Shown here: piece by piece, positions 11,098 through 21,574 of the stretch | Numbering within the stretch: position 1 is the first letter of the stretch | How the letters are laid out: every line of letters starts with the position of its first letter | Program-made: the position numbers and the translations under genes | Source: Octopus bimaculoides | Lineage: Eukaryota | Direction: 5' to 3' | DNA: 33,908 nt | Assembly: GCF_001194135.2 (NCBI RefSeq) | Contig: NC_069002.1 | Span: 9,390,144 to 9,424,051 of the forward strand | Notes under the pieces: generated by a model | Database searches by the model: none | Seen by the model: only the letters and a program-made list of their open reading frames with translations | What the model was told of the DNA's origin: nothing

Positions 11098-11190
11098 CCC
11101 ATAACTTGACGCTTCGGCAAAAGTAATCGATAGAATAAGTTCCAGACTTTAAAACGTAAGTACTGGAGACGATCTTTTTGGCTAGACCCT
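11098..11190 (+). mobile_element. SINE group A 3' fragment
   Basis: cttcggcaaaagtaatcgatagaataagt matches the group A tail. Confidence 0.65.
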
Positions 11191-11761
11191 TTAGCATTCA
11201 AAATCACTCTGTCAAATGCAATGTGTATTTATTGACATTATTTTCAACTAGCGGGACCCATGAATATTTCACGGAATTAATAGTAAAACTATTGGGTTAT
11301 TTCTGAAAACTTTATCCAAAAAAACTGTGGTGAAAGCTTACCTTACTTCCTTTAGCATGAAACTGGGTGACAAGACAAAGCCTGGGCGCCCCATATAGTG
11401 TGCAAAGCATGTGTTGAAACACTGAAACAGCGACTGCTTCAAATGCTTAAGCAGAATGTTTCCAGTGCTGTGTCTGTACCAAAAGACAGTTGCTCATCTG
11501 TTATTCATTGGAAAATGAAGGAAATTGGAAGGTTTAAGAGGCCTAATCTGGCTTGAACATAAAACAGAATAGTTTGGCCACATATGGTTAGTTTAACCCT
11601 TTAGCTTTCAGATTACTCTGTCAAATGCAATGTGTATTTATTGACATTATTTTCAACTAGCGGGACCCATGAATATTTCACGGAATTAATAGTAAAACTA
11701 TTGGGTTATTTCTGAAAACTTTATCCAAAAAAACTGTGGTGAAAGCTTACCTTACTTCCTT
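11187..11761 (+). mobile_element. MITE-like unit beginning ccctttagc (11187-11596), with its 5' part repeated from 11597 to the gap
   Basis: The terminus ccctttagc occurs at 11187 and at 11597, the second preceded by TTAA (piggyBac-like). No matching right TIR is visible. 11206-11352 is identical to 11615-11761. Confidence 0.45.
11325..11430 (+). pseudogene. Frameshifted fragment of a Chapaev-type (CMC superfamily) transposase N-terminal zinc-finger region
   Basis: Reads TVVKAYLTSFSMKLGD, then after a 1-nt deletion at about 11371 QDKAWAPHIVCKACVETLKQ. This matches the AYF(G)xKLGDQDKxWAPHxVCxxC motif I recall for this transposase family. Confidence 0.7.
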
Positions 11762-12164
11762 NNNNNNNNNNNNNNNNNNNNNNNNNNNNNNNNNNNNNNN
11801 NNNNNNNNNNNNNNNNNNNNNNNNNNNNNNNNNNNNNNNNNNNNNNNNNNNNNNNNNNNNNNNNNNNNNNNNNNNNNNNNNNNNNNNNNNNNNNNNNNNN
11901 NNNNNNNNNNNNNNNNNNNNNNNNNNNNNNNNNNNNNNNNNNNNNNNNNNNNNNNNNNNNNNNNNNNNNNNNNNNNNNNNNNNNNNNNNNNNNNNNNNNN
12001 NNNNNNNNNNNNNNNNNNNNNNNNNNNNNNNNNNNNNNNNNNNNNNNNNTTCTATCATGTCAAGTTTTTTTGTTAAACAGGAATTTATTTATTTATTTAT
12101 TTATTTATTTATTTTTTTTTTTACCAAAAATGTCAATTTTTTCATTAAATCCACTACTGAAATT

Positions 12165-12308
12165 GTTGTTGCTGGCACTCCGTCGAGGGTTCTAGTCGAT
12201 CCGATCAACGGAACAGCCTGCTCATGAAATTGACGTTCAAGTGGCTGAGCACTCCACAGACACGTGTACCCTTAACGTAGTTCTCGGGGGATATTCAGCG
12301 TGACACAG
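12165..12308 (-). mobile_element. SINE group C tail fragment (C1 tail)
   Basis: Nearly the same as 21605-21750 (gatcaacggaacagc...cactccacagacacgtgtaccc...cagcgtgacacag). Confidence 0.9.
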
Positions 12309-12311
12309 CCG

Positions 12312-12410
12312 GAGGATATGGTAAAGACATTTGCCGAAGGTACCACGCAGTGGAGACGAACCCGGACCCATATGATTGGGAAGCAAGCTTCTTACCACAC
12401 AGCCACGTCT
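12312..12410 (-). mobile_element. SINE group A head fragment
   Basis: gggaagcaagcttcttaccacacagccacg is the reverse of the group A head. Confidence 0.9.
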
Positions 12411-12536
12411 AGACATACTTAATTAATATTATTTCTCCTCACAAAATACACTTGCAAGATAGAGGCGCGTCTTATGCAATGCGTGAGTGCACCTTACACG
12501 CAGGCAAATACTATGCTTCAAAACAACTCGACTGTA

Positions 12537-12558
12537 TCCACACACACACACACACACA

Positions 12559-12646
<88 letters not shown>
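12537..12646. repeat. Long (CA)n microsatellite
   Basis: Direct reading. Confidence 0.95.
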
Positions 12647-12647
<1 letters not shown>

Positions 12648-12899
12648 GGATGGATAGACTGTTTAGTCACTCATATTTGGCAGATTCGAATGTAAGCCGA
12701 CTTAGAAGCAGCAGCAACAACAACAAGGAAAACAACAGCAATGATACCGAGTGAACGTATTCTGGCAACGATTGGCTCATCCGTCTATCATTTCTTAGGA
12801 TTTTCATATTTGATTTCATCACAAAAGCAGCTTCCATAGATCTGGTTTCATAATCATTATCTATCCGTTCCTTTGTTTTGTACACATCCATCTCTGTTT

Positions 12900-13018
12900 G
12901 TATGTGTGTGTATGTATACATAGACACAGTGCACTCACTCTCAGACACGTGGACGTACACACATACACACACATTATATATATAATGTAGAGTCATTATG
13001 CAAACCAGATACAGAAAT

Positions 13019-13051
<33 letters not shown>

Positions 13052-13640
13052 GTATATATATATGTATTGAGAGAGGAAGAGAGAGAGAGAGAGAGAGAGA
13101 TGTATATAGATGTATATATATATGAATATGTGTGTGTATATATATATATATATGCATGTGTGTGTGTATATGTATGTGTGTGTATATATATATATATGGA
13201 TATGTATGTGTAATTATATGGATATATATGAATGTGTGTGTAATTATATGGATATGTATGCGTGTGTATGTATATATATATATATATGGATATATATGTG
13301 TATATACATATAGATGTGTGTGTGTGGGAGAGAGAGAGAGAGAGAGAGAGAAGGGGAAGCACGAATGCTTGAGTGTGAATGTTTGTGTTTGTGTGTGGTG
13401 TTTTGTATATTTCTCATCTCCCAAATACCCAAATCGATAAATCAATATCTATATTAAAAAAGAAAATGAAAACAAAAAAAAAAAAAAAAAAAAAAAAAAA
13501 ACACAAAAGACGAAGGAAAGATATGATGCAGCTCGCCCTTATTCCACATCTCAAAATATATTACATCCGTTCACGTCTACATACCGGATTTGTTATCGAT
13601 ATGTAATCTTCGAATGCAGGCGGGTATGCGCGCGCGCCTG

Positions 13641-13674
<34 letters not shown>

Positions 13675-13790
13675 TGTACGCGCGTGCGTGTGCGTGTGTC
13701 TATGCGTGTATATGTGTGTATGTATGTGTGTATGTATGTATGTATACATGCACGCATGTATGTATCTATTTATGTATGTATGTTCTTTCA
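12900..13790. repeat. Compound (TA)/(TG)/(GA)/(TATG)/poly-A low-complexity block
   Basis: Direct reading. Confidence 0.9.
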
Positions 13791-13840
13791 TTCTTTTATA
13801 TGTTTCAGTCTTGAGGCTGTGGCCATGCTGGGGCACCGCC
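13783..13840 (-). mobile_element. SINE group A 3' terminal fragment
   Basis: tgtttcagtc...ggccatgctggggcaccgcc. Confidence 0.75.
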
Positions 13841-13857
13841 AGTTAGCAATAATGCCG

Positions 13858-13928
13858 TTCCCATGCCGGGAATCGAACTGGGTCGCCTGGGTGAAAGCCA
13901 GGAATCTTAAGCACTGGACCACATGGGA
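13858..13928 (-). tRNA. tRNA-Glu-TTC: tRNA-Glu(UUC) copy, probably a pseudogene
   Basis: Minus strand: TCCCATG TG GTCC AGTGCTTA AGAT T CCTGG CTTTCAC CCAGG CGAC CCAG TTCGATT CCCGG CATGGGA A. The 7-bp acceptor stem and 5-bp anticodon stem are perfect and the anticodon is TTC. The T-stem is broken (71 nt, one base missing), D-loop GG has become GC, and there is no clean T-run terminator. Confidence 0.9.
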
Positions 13929-14302
13929 TGTATGCATCTATGTATGCATGTACGTATGTACATATACACATATATACATTTATATACAATGTGCAGCTGA
14001 CCCCCTACAACAGTGCATGACTTTTGTTCCTTGTTGCGCTGAATAATATCAGGACAATTGTATTTGCACCGGTTATGTATGTATGCATGTATGTATGTAT
14101 GTGTCGAGGGCACATGGCCTAGTGGTTCTATAATCACTACTGCACCTTGGCTGTGTGGTACACCGTGTACCTGTCCAAGTAACGTAGATGTGACGAAGGT
14201 AGTGAGCTAATGTACAGCAGATACATTTGGTCACTATAAATGAACCTTTTGTGCAGATCGTTCAGCAAGAAATTGAGAGCCGTCTTTCTCGGAATCGAGA
14301 TA

Positions 14303-14362
14303 TAGTAATCCCTCGCGATATATCGCGGTTCACCTATCGCGTTTCACCTATCGCGGTTTTAT
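14303..14362 (+). mobile_element. Tigger/pogo-like MITE terminus fragment
   Basis: ta|tagtaatccctcgcgatatatcgcggttcacctatcgcg with internal atcgcgg repeats, like Tigger-type ends. Only one end is present. Confidence 0.5.
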
Positions 14363-14460
14363 CATTTAAGCTTACATCGATTCCTCCGTGTTGTTGTTTT
14401 GCATTTATAATAAAATGAATATATACAAATCATAAACAACAACAACAATAATAATAATAA

Positions 14461-14672
14461 TTCAGACAAATACATAACAAAAACACCAGGACTTACAAAT
14501 ATATATAACATACAGAAAATTGCACTACTGGGCACTGCACACATCCTACGCAAAACACTTTCAATACAGTAACCATAAGAGCATCACAGCAAACCACAGC
14601 ACATACCCAAGGCACACAGAGCTGCGCTCGGTAGTGAAGTGAAAGCACGTTATAAAAATAAAACTACTGAAC

Positions 14673-14708
<36 letters not shown>

Positions 14709-14710
14709 CA
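14461..14710 (+). mobile_element. 5'-truncated R4/Dong-like non-LTR retrotransposon 3' end
   Basis: Frame 14462-14572 reads SDKYITKTPGLTNIYNIQKIALLGTAHILRKTLSIQ*, matching the C-terminal QKxxLLGTAxILRKxL motif of R4-clade RLE elements. About 100 nt of 3' UTR follow, and both sides are flanked by (AAT)n. Confidence 0.8.
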
Positions 14711-14974
14711 TATGTGTAGTTTTTCTTCGAGACACGATTTATTCATGCATTTTCAAAATGAAATTTTCTTCGGAATTCTAGTAAAAAGATCTATAATTAA
14801 TTACAAGATTGAAAGCTATAATAGAAGAAAAAAAAAAAAAGAAGAAAAAACAGACGAAAAGGAAATGGAAACACAGCTGAAAGAATAAAAAGAAAGAAAA
14901 ATGAATAGCTTAGTTAAAAATTAATCGAAAAATATATCCCAAGCATTTAAGAAGAGTAGTTTCGAAGAGAGTAG

Positions 14975-15096
14975 GAGTAGAAACAACAACAACGCCAACA
15001 AGAACAAACTGCAACAACAACAGAATGAACAATAACAATAACAACAACAACAGCAGAAACAACAACAACGGCGGCAACAACAACAACAACAACAAA
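14975..15096. repeat. (AAC)n compound microsatellite
   Basis: Direct reading. Confidence 0.85.
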
Positions 15097-16035
15097 GTGA
15101 TCATTACAAACAGCCAAACAACCGAAATTCGTTCATATATTAGTTGTGTCAAAACGAGCCTTTCTTAAACGTAAACTAAATCAACAGAATCGCTAGACTT
15201 ACCACAGTTATGTAGCAGGAATATGTATACAAATTTAATTTGTGATCCATGGGAAGAGCCATTTTAACGATGCGTCCTGCCCTACTCTTCGAAACGCCTG
15301 TGTTAGAATGGGGGAAGCTGATGAAGGAAAAATGTTCTCTATGTGGCCTGTGTGTGTTCTATACTCTGGTTATTATTATTTTTTTGTCTACGTTTTGTTT
15401 GCAACGTCCTGTACCCAGATATGCACTTATATATACAGGTAGACGTAGGTATGCACATACCTGTACGTATATATGCATATACTCATTTATNNNNNNNNNN
15501 NNNNNNNNNNNNNNNNNNNNNNNNNNNNNNNNNNNNNNNNNNNNNNNNNNNNNNNNNNNNNNNNNNNNNNNNNNNNNNNNNNNNNNNNNNNNNNNNNNNN
15601 NNNNNNNNNNNNNNNNNNNNNNNNNNNNNNNNNNNNNNNNNNNNNNNNNNNNNNNNNNNNNNNNNNNNNNNNNNNNNNNNNNNNNNNNNNNNNNNNNNNN
15701 NNNNNNNNNNNNNNNNNNNNNNNNNNNNNNNNNNNNNNNNNNNNNNNNNNNNNNNNNNNNNNNNNNNNNNNNNNNNNNNNNNNNNNNNNNNNNNNNNNNN
15801 NNNNNNNNNNNNNNNNNNNNNNNNNNNNNNNNNNNNNNNNNNNNNNNNNNNNNNNNNNNNNNNNNNNNNNNNNNNNNNNNNACGAAATAAGACCACATGG
15901 CGATTAGAAGTCGGTCAGGTTATCGGGGTGGGGGGAGCAGGAAAGAGCGGCATGTGCACGTATATAGTTCTATATGTGGGTATATCCGGGTCCCGGGTAG
16001 TTAGAGGCCTGAAATTTGCCAGGAGAGCATATCTC

Positions 16036-16271
16036 AAAGCGGCGAGCTGGCAGAAACGTTAGCACGCCGAGCGAAATGCTTAGCGGTATTTCAGCTGCCG
16101 TTACGTTCTGAGTTCAAATTCCTCCGTGGTCGACTTTGCCTTTCATCCTTTCGGGGTCGATAAATTAAGTACCAGTTACGCACTGGGGTCGATGTAATCG
16201 ACTTAATCCCTTTGTCTGTCCTTGCTTGTCCCGTCTATGTTTAGCCCCTTGTGGGCAATAAAGAAATAAGA
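16036..16271 (+). mobile_element. Full-length SINE group B (B1 tail) with a 12-bp TSD
   Basis: Intact head and B-box; agagcatatctc is duplicated at 16024-16035 and 16272-16283. Confidence 0.95.
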
Positions 16272-16283
16272 AGAGCATATCTC

Positions 16284-16392
16284 TGGTGACAGCAATACAA
16301 TGAAGTACCAGTGAAATTCTGGGGACCGATGTAATAATTAACTAGTCTCCCCCCCAAAAAATTTCAGGCCTTGTGCCTATAATAGAAAGGGT
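16284..16392 (+). mobile_element. Older group B 3' half (B2 tail), host of the 16036 insertion
   Basis: aagtaccagt...ctgggg.ccgatgtaat...aaatttcaggccttgtgcctataatagaaagg. Confidence 0.75.
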
Positions 16393-16394
16393 TA

Positions 16395-16585
16395 AAGCGC
16401 CTCCCCCTATTGGGAGTTTTATTTGTTATATCTTTCTCTGTTTTTCTCACTGTTTACACGAACGTTTTCTTCTTTTCGGACAAAACCTTTTGTAACCTTC
16501 GTCCTGTCTTTGTCCTTACATGCTTTTAATTTATATTAGCCCTTGTGGCCAATAAAACCAGAAATTATTATTATTATTATTATAG
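16395..16585 (+). mobile_element. Probable LINE 3' UTR fragment ending in (ATT)n
   Basis: Ends tagcccttgtggccaataaa then (att)n, similar to the SINE B1 tail, but the upstream sequence is unrelated to the SINE body. Confidence 0.5.
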
Positions 16586-16754
16586 TTTTAGGTTCCCCTT
16601 CTCAGCTTTCTCTAGTTGTTTACATAATCCTGGTGATGAGGTGAGAGGGTCAGTCAAGGTTACGTATTATGAACTTTACAAAAATAACAACTTTTGCTGA
16701 GATGGGTAGAATATCCAGCTGCGCCGTTGAGGCCTTATTTTCCTCGTCCGCACA

Positions 16755-17100
16755 CACACACACACACACACACAGAGCACTTGTAGAGTCTGTTGGTGGT
16801 AGCACTTGAACTGGATTCCAAGTCTAATGTGTCACAACCCCACCCCACCACGAACACCACCACCACCACCACCACTACCACTACTACTACTACTACTACT
16901 ACAAAAGCCACTATCATCACTTACAGTTACTACTACCACCACCACCATCACAAACACTACGACCACCATCACCACCATCAGCCCCACAACCACCATATCA
17001 CTTCTACGACACACTATATATATGTGTGTGTGTGTGTGTGTATGTTTATCTATCTATCTATCTATCTACCTATCTATCTATCTATCTATCTATCTATCAT
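16755..17100. repeat. (CA)n, (CAC/TAC)n, (TG)n and (TATC)n microsatellites
   Basis: Direct reading. Confidence 0.9.
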
Positions 17101-17142
17101 TTTTTTTCGGATAATATACATTTCTATTGTTAATAATAATAA

Positions 17143-17705
17143 TCCTTTCTACTAAAGGCACAAGTCTTAAAATTTAGGGAGGTGACTCGTCGATTACATC
17201 GACCCCAGTGTTTCACTGGTACTTAATTTATCGACCCCGAAAGGATGAAAGGCAAAGTCGACTTCGGCGGAATTTGAACTCAGGACGTAGCGACGGGTCA
17301 AATACCGCTGAACATTCCGTCCAATGATGACGATGATGATGATTTCAAAATTTGGCACAAGGCNNNNNNNNNNNNNNNNNNNNNNNNNNNNNNNNNNNNN
17401 NNNNNNNNNNNNNNNNNNNNNNNNNNNNNNNNNNNNNNNNNNNNNNNNNNNNNNNNNNNNNNNNNNNNNNNNNNNNNNNNNNNNNNNNNNNNNNNNNNNN
17501 NNNNNNNNNNNNNNNNNNNNNNNNNNNNNNNNNNNNNNNNNNNNNNNNNNNNNNNNNNNNNNNNNNNNNNNNNNNNNNNNNNNNNNNNNNNNNNNNNNNN
17601 NNNNNNNNNNNNNNNNNNNNNNNNNNNNNNNNNNNNNNNNNNNNNNNNNNNNNNNNNNNNNNNNNNNNNNNNNNAAAGGCAAAGTCCACCTCGGCAGTGT
17701 TTGAA
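17143..17705 (-). mobile_element. Two nested or tandem group B copies interrupted by a gap
   Basis: 17143-17322 is a B body lacking its first 35 nt or so. 17341-17363 is another B2 tail, and 17675-17705 is a B central fragment. Confidence 0.8.
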
Positions 17706-18227
17706 AAGCACATGTAATACTTTTATTCAAACACATATTACTAAATACTTTATACGACATACTTTAACTTTCTTTCTTCTTCCTTCCTTCCTTTCTTTCT
17801 TTCTTTCTTTCTTTCTTTTTTCTCCCCCCTCTCTCTCACACAGATTTATACATTTATATATATTATTGACCCATTTGTCTGAGACACACAGCTTGATATC
17901 ATTTCATTGAGTACAACAGCGAAGGGGCTTTTAAATCTGACAAATAAGAGAAGAGAAAAACCACTTGAAGATCTGCACACTCATGACGCAACACGCATAC
18001 CCACACACACACACACACACACGTACATGCATATATGCACACACGCACTTGCGCGCACGCACGCACACACGTGCTTACACACATGTTCTCACACTCATAC
18101 ATACATACATACATACATTCACCTATACGGGCATACACAGAGGCATAGATATATGGGACGGTCGGGGCTGGAACGCCGTTTTCCATGGGTCCGCTCAGTT
18201 ATAACTGATTAAGGGACTAAAAGACGT

Positions 18228-18705
18228 TATCATCATCATCATCATCACAATCATCATCATGATGGATACTAACTACTACTACCATCTTCACCGTTATCAT
18301 CACCACCACCACCACCACCACCACCACCACCAGCTTACTACTACCACCGTCACCATCTTCACAGCCACCACTACTACCACCGTCACCAGCAGCAGCAGCA
18401 CAAGCAGCAACAGCGGCACCACCACCACAACCACCACCACTACCNNNNNNNNNNNNNNNNNNNNNNNNNNNNNNNNNNNNNNNNNNNNNNNNNNNNNNNN
18501 NNNNNNNNNNNNNNNNNNNNNNNNNNNNNNNNNNNNNNNNNNNNNNNNNNNNNNNNNNNNNNNNNNNNNNNNNNNNNNNNNNNNNNNNNNNNNNNNNNNN
18601 NNNNNNNNNNNNNNNNNNNNNNNNNNNNNNNNNNNNNNNNNNNNNNNNNNCTCCAACATCATTCCTCCATCAGCACCATCACCATTATCATCACCATCAT
18701 CACAA
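18228..18705. repeat. (CAT)/(CAC)/(TAC)/(CAG) trinucleotide compound array around a gap
   Basis: Direct reading. Confidence 0.9.
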
Positions 18706-19145
18706 CCTTAATATTCGACATCATCCTGCTCCCATTCCCCCCCCCCCTCGTTATCGAGTGTTGAATATTAAAACAATTCACGATTGCTGCATTTGGCGCA
18801 GAAATTGCGTTCATATGTTTGTTATCGACAAAAATCCGCCGCCAATTGTCTCCGTTTTCGGAACCCGGCTGTCTCTGTAGTGTACTGTAGCTTATGTCAA
18901 TAAGTGTCATTGTTTATAGTTAGAGCAGATAAGAGATAAAAAACTAGAATGGGCTGAAAGAAAAAAACCACACAGTGGCCAGTGACATGCATTTGAACTA
19001 CATAGACGAGTACAGGTATATCAAATACCGTACAACATAAATGCTAGATTTAATAAAATTATGTTGTCTAGGGAGGGTCACTATGCCAATATTAATAACA
19101 CACGCACTGGTTCAATTCCACTCCTTTATTATTAGTCAATCGGTT

Positions 19146-19254
19146 AGTAAAGACCCTCTTCGGTTATGAATGACCGTGAGATTTGCAACTAGGAAGTACC
19201 CCTCCGAGGCACAAGTCCAGGCAAGGTTGTTTATGGAAGACCAGTAGCCGCCCA
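19146..19254 (-). mobile_element. SINE group C tail fragment (C2 tail)
   Basis: Reverse of 30690-30790 (ggtcttccataaacaacct...gacttgtgcctc). Confidence 0.85.
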
Positions 19255-19396
19255 CAGGCGTGGCTGTGTGGTAAGAAGCTTGCTTCCCAACCACATCGTT
19301 CTGCATTCAGTTCTACTGCGTGGCACCTTGAGCAATTGTCTTCTACTGTAGCCTCGTGAGAGGATTTGGTAGACGGAAACTGAAAGAAGCCCGTCG

Positions 19397-19429
<33 letters not shown>

Positions 19430-19635
19430 GTGTGTGTGTGTGTGTGTGTTTGTCCCCCCCGCCATCGCCTGACAACTGATGCTGGTGTTTATAGTGGTTC
19501 AGCAAAAAAGACTGATAGAATAAATACTAGGCTTACAAAGAATAAGTCCTGGGATCGATTTGTTCGGCTAAAAAGAAAAAACACCCTTCAAGGTGGTGCT
19601 CCAGCATGGGCCCAGTTAAATATCTCAAGTAAGTG
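19255..19635 (+). mobile_element. Full-length SINE group A
   Basis: Head caggcgtggctgtgtggtaag, central TA/TG tract, tail gtgctccagcatgg. Confidence 0.95.
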
Positions 19636-19696
19636 AAAAAGTAAGAGTACTCCTTTTTGTATAAGTTCAAGCCCCCTAGCAACTGTAGATAACGCC

Positions 19697-19751
19697 GGAC
19701 AATTGTGCTGATGACGGTTATTGAGCAAGAAACATGTATCCACAACTGTCC
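19697..19751 (+). ncRNA. Degenerate type I hammerhead-ribozyme-like motif
   Basis: ggacaattgtg-CTGATGA-14 nt-GAAA-catgtatc-cacaactgtcc. The outer arms pair at 10/11, stem III contains the palindrome ACATGT, and stem II is weak. Confidence 0.5.
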
Positions 19752-20199
19752 TCTATCTCCAGACAATAAGCCTGTACCTTTATTTAATAGCATGTCAATT
19801 TTGGAGAATATTTGATTCTTGATGTTATTTCCTCTTCTAAAGAGGAGCTGGTCTTCATTGCCCCTTTAGTGAATATGATATATCCTTCAGAGGTGGAGAT
19901 AGTTTTGATAAATCAAGAATTTATGCTGTATAGTATTTGATATACCTGTATTTTTTATACTGTTCAATGCCATCGGTTACTCTCAGTTATTTCTCGTCGC
20001 TCAATTTTGTTTTTGTTATTGGTATAAATATTTAGAATGGCTGACGGAATAATGAGCCAATACAGACAAAGAAAGGATGCTAAACTCCAATTATAAAGAA
20101 AATTCCCCAAAAGAAACGAGAAGACCTATTCCCGAAGATAGAACCTTGTGGAACGATGGTGGAAGATGGACGGTGCTGGTGGAAGGCATTGATAAGATA

Positions 20200-20671
20200 T
20201 AAATGGGGGAGAGGGAGAGAGAGGGAAGGGAGAGAAGGTGAGAGAGAAAGTGAGAGCGAGAAAGGCTGGAAAAAGAAGGGAGAGATATAGAGATAAAGAA
20301 AGTGGAAGCGAGAAAGACAGGGAGAGGACGGGAGGAGGGAGAAAGAGAGGGAAATATATAGAGAGAGGGTGAGAGGAATCGGCCTAGGTACTTGAGTGGT
20401 ACTTCATTTTATCGACACCGGATGTGTATGCGTGTGTGTGTGTGTGTGTCTGTGTGTGTGTGAAAGAGAGAAACAGCTAACAGAAAGAATGTCCGTAAGA
20501 AGATGTTGGGCAACGTGATGAAATAAATGTGTTAGTAAGGGAGTGGTAAGATAAGAAGTAGAATATGAAGTGAGGGTGAGTCAAAGGAGAAGCGGAAGAG
20601 AAAGTAGCAGCGGGTGATCGGGGGACCAAAGAGGAAGTAGACGGCGGGGCTGGAGGGTTGAGGGCGGAGTG

Positions 20672-20714
<43 letters not shown>

Positions 20715-21420
20715 TAGTCGTCGTCGTCGTCGTAATGTAACTGGCGAAGCGAGAGAAGAAAAAGAGAAAGAAAAGAAGTATGAACAAATAGTAAAACAAT
20801 TGATGGAGGGGCCNNNNNNNNNNNNNNNNNNNNNNNNNNNNNNNNNNNNNNNNNNNNNNNNNNNNNNNNNNNNNNNNNNNNNNNNNNNNNNNNNNNNNNN
20901 NNNNNNNNNNNNNNNNNNNNNNNNNNNNNNNNNNNNNNNNNNNNNNNNNNNNNNNNNNNNNNNNNNNNNNNNNNNNNNNNNNNNNNNNNNNNNNNNNNNN
21001 NNNNNNNNNNNNNNNNNNNNNNNNNNNNNNNNNNNNNNNNNNNNNNNNNNNNNNNNNNNNNNNNNNNNNNNNNNNNNNNNNNNNNNNNNNNNNNNNNNNN
21101 NNNNNNNNNNNNNNNNNNNNNNNNNNNNNNNNNNNNNNNNNNNNNNNNNNCTGTTGTGGGTGGTGATGGTAGTGGTGGTGGTGGTGGTGGATGGTGGTGG
21201 TGGTGGTGGTGGTGGTGGTGGTGGTAGTGGTAGTAGTGATGCTGCTGGTGTTGTTGCTGTTTTTTTTGTTATTGTTTGTTGTTGCTGTTCTGGATGTTGC
21301 AACTAATATTATTCTTGTTGCTGCTCTTGATGTGAGTTCTGTTGTCACTCTTATTGTGATTGTTGTTGTTATTGTTGATGTTATAGTTGTACCTCCCATT
21401 GTCGCTATTGTTACTGTTTT
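20200..21420. repeat. GA-rich, (TG)n, (GCA)/(GTA)/(GTC) and (GTG)/(TTG) arrays around a gap
   Basis: Direct reading. Confidence 0.9.
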
Positions 21421-21574
21421 AGTATCATTGTTCTTACAGACGGAATGAGACACTTGGGCACCGCTGTTTGGACGCTGACGATTTGGCACGACCGACTGGG
21501 CAGTCAACCTGTCTTGGCGACAGTATGTTTTGGCGATGGAGGCAAAAATGTACACATGCAGATCTTCTTTTTTT

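Larger units (their letters stand above)
19013..19948. mobile_element. TA-flanked inverted-repeat element (Tc1/mariner-type MITE) carrying later SINE insertions
   Basis: 19011-19062 and the reverse complement of 19899-19950 match at 44/52 with no gaps. Both read TA|CAGGTATATCAAATAC inward from the outer ends. Confidence 0.65.

Noticed and set aside
15285-15335. cgaaacgcc...ctgatgaagg as a permuted hammerhead
   Set aside because: The triplet is GCC rather than NUH, and the intervening stem I does not pair.
19790-20150. Minus-strand peptides SLEEEITSRIK and VPQGSIFG, reminiscent of LINE reverse transcriptase
   Set aside because: Very short matches, no YADD motif, spacing too short, and they straddle the TIR at 19899-19950.
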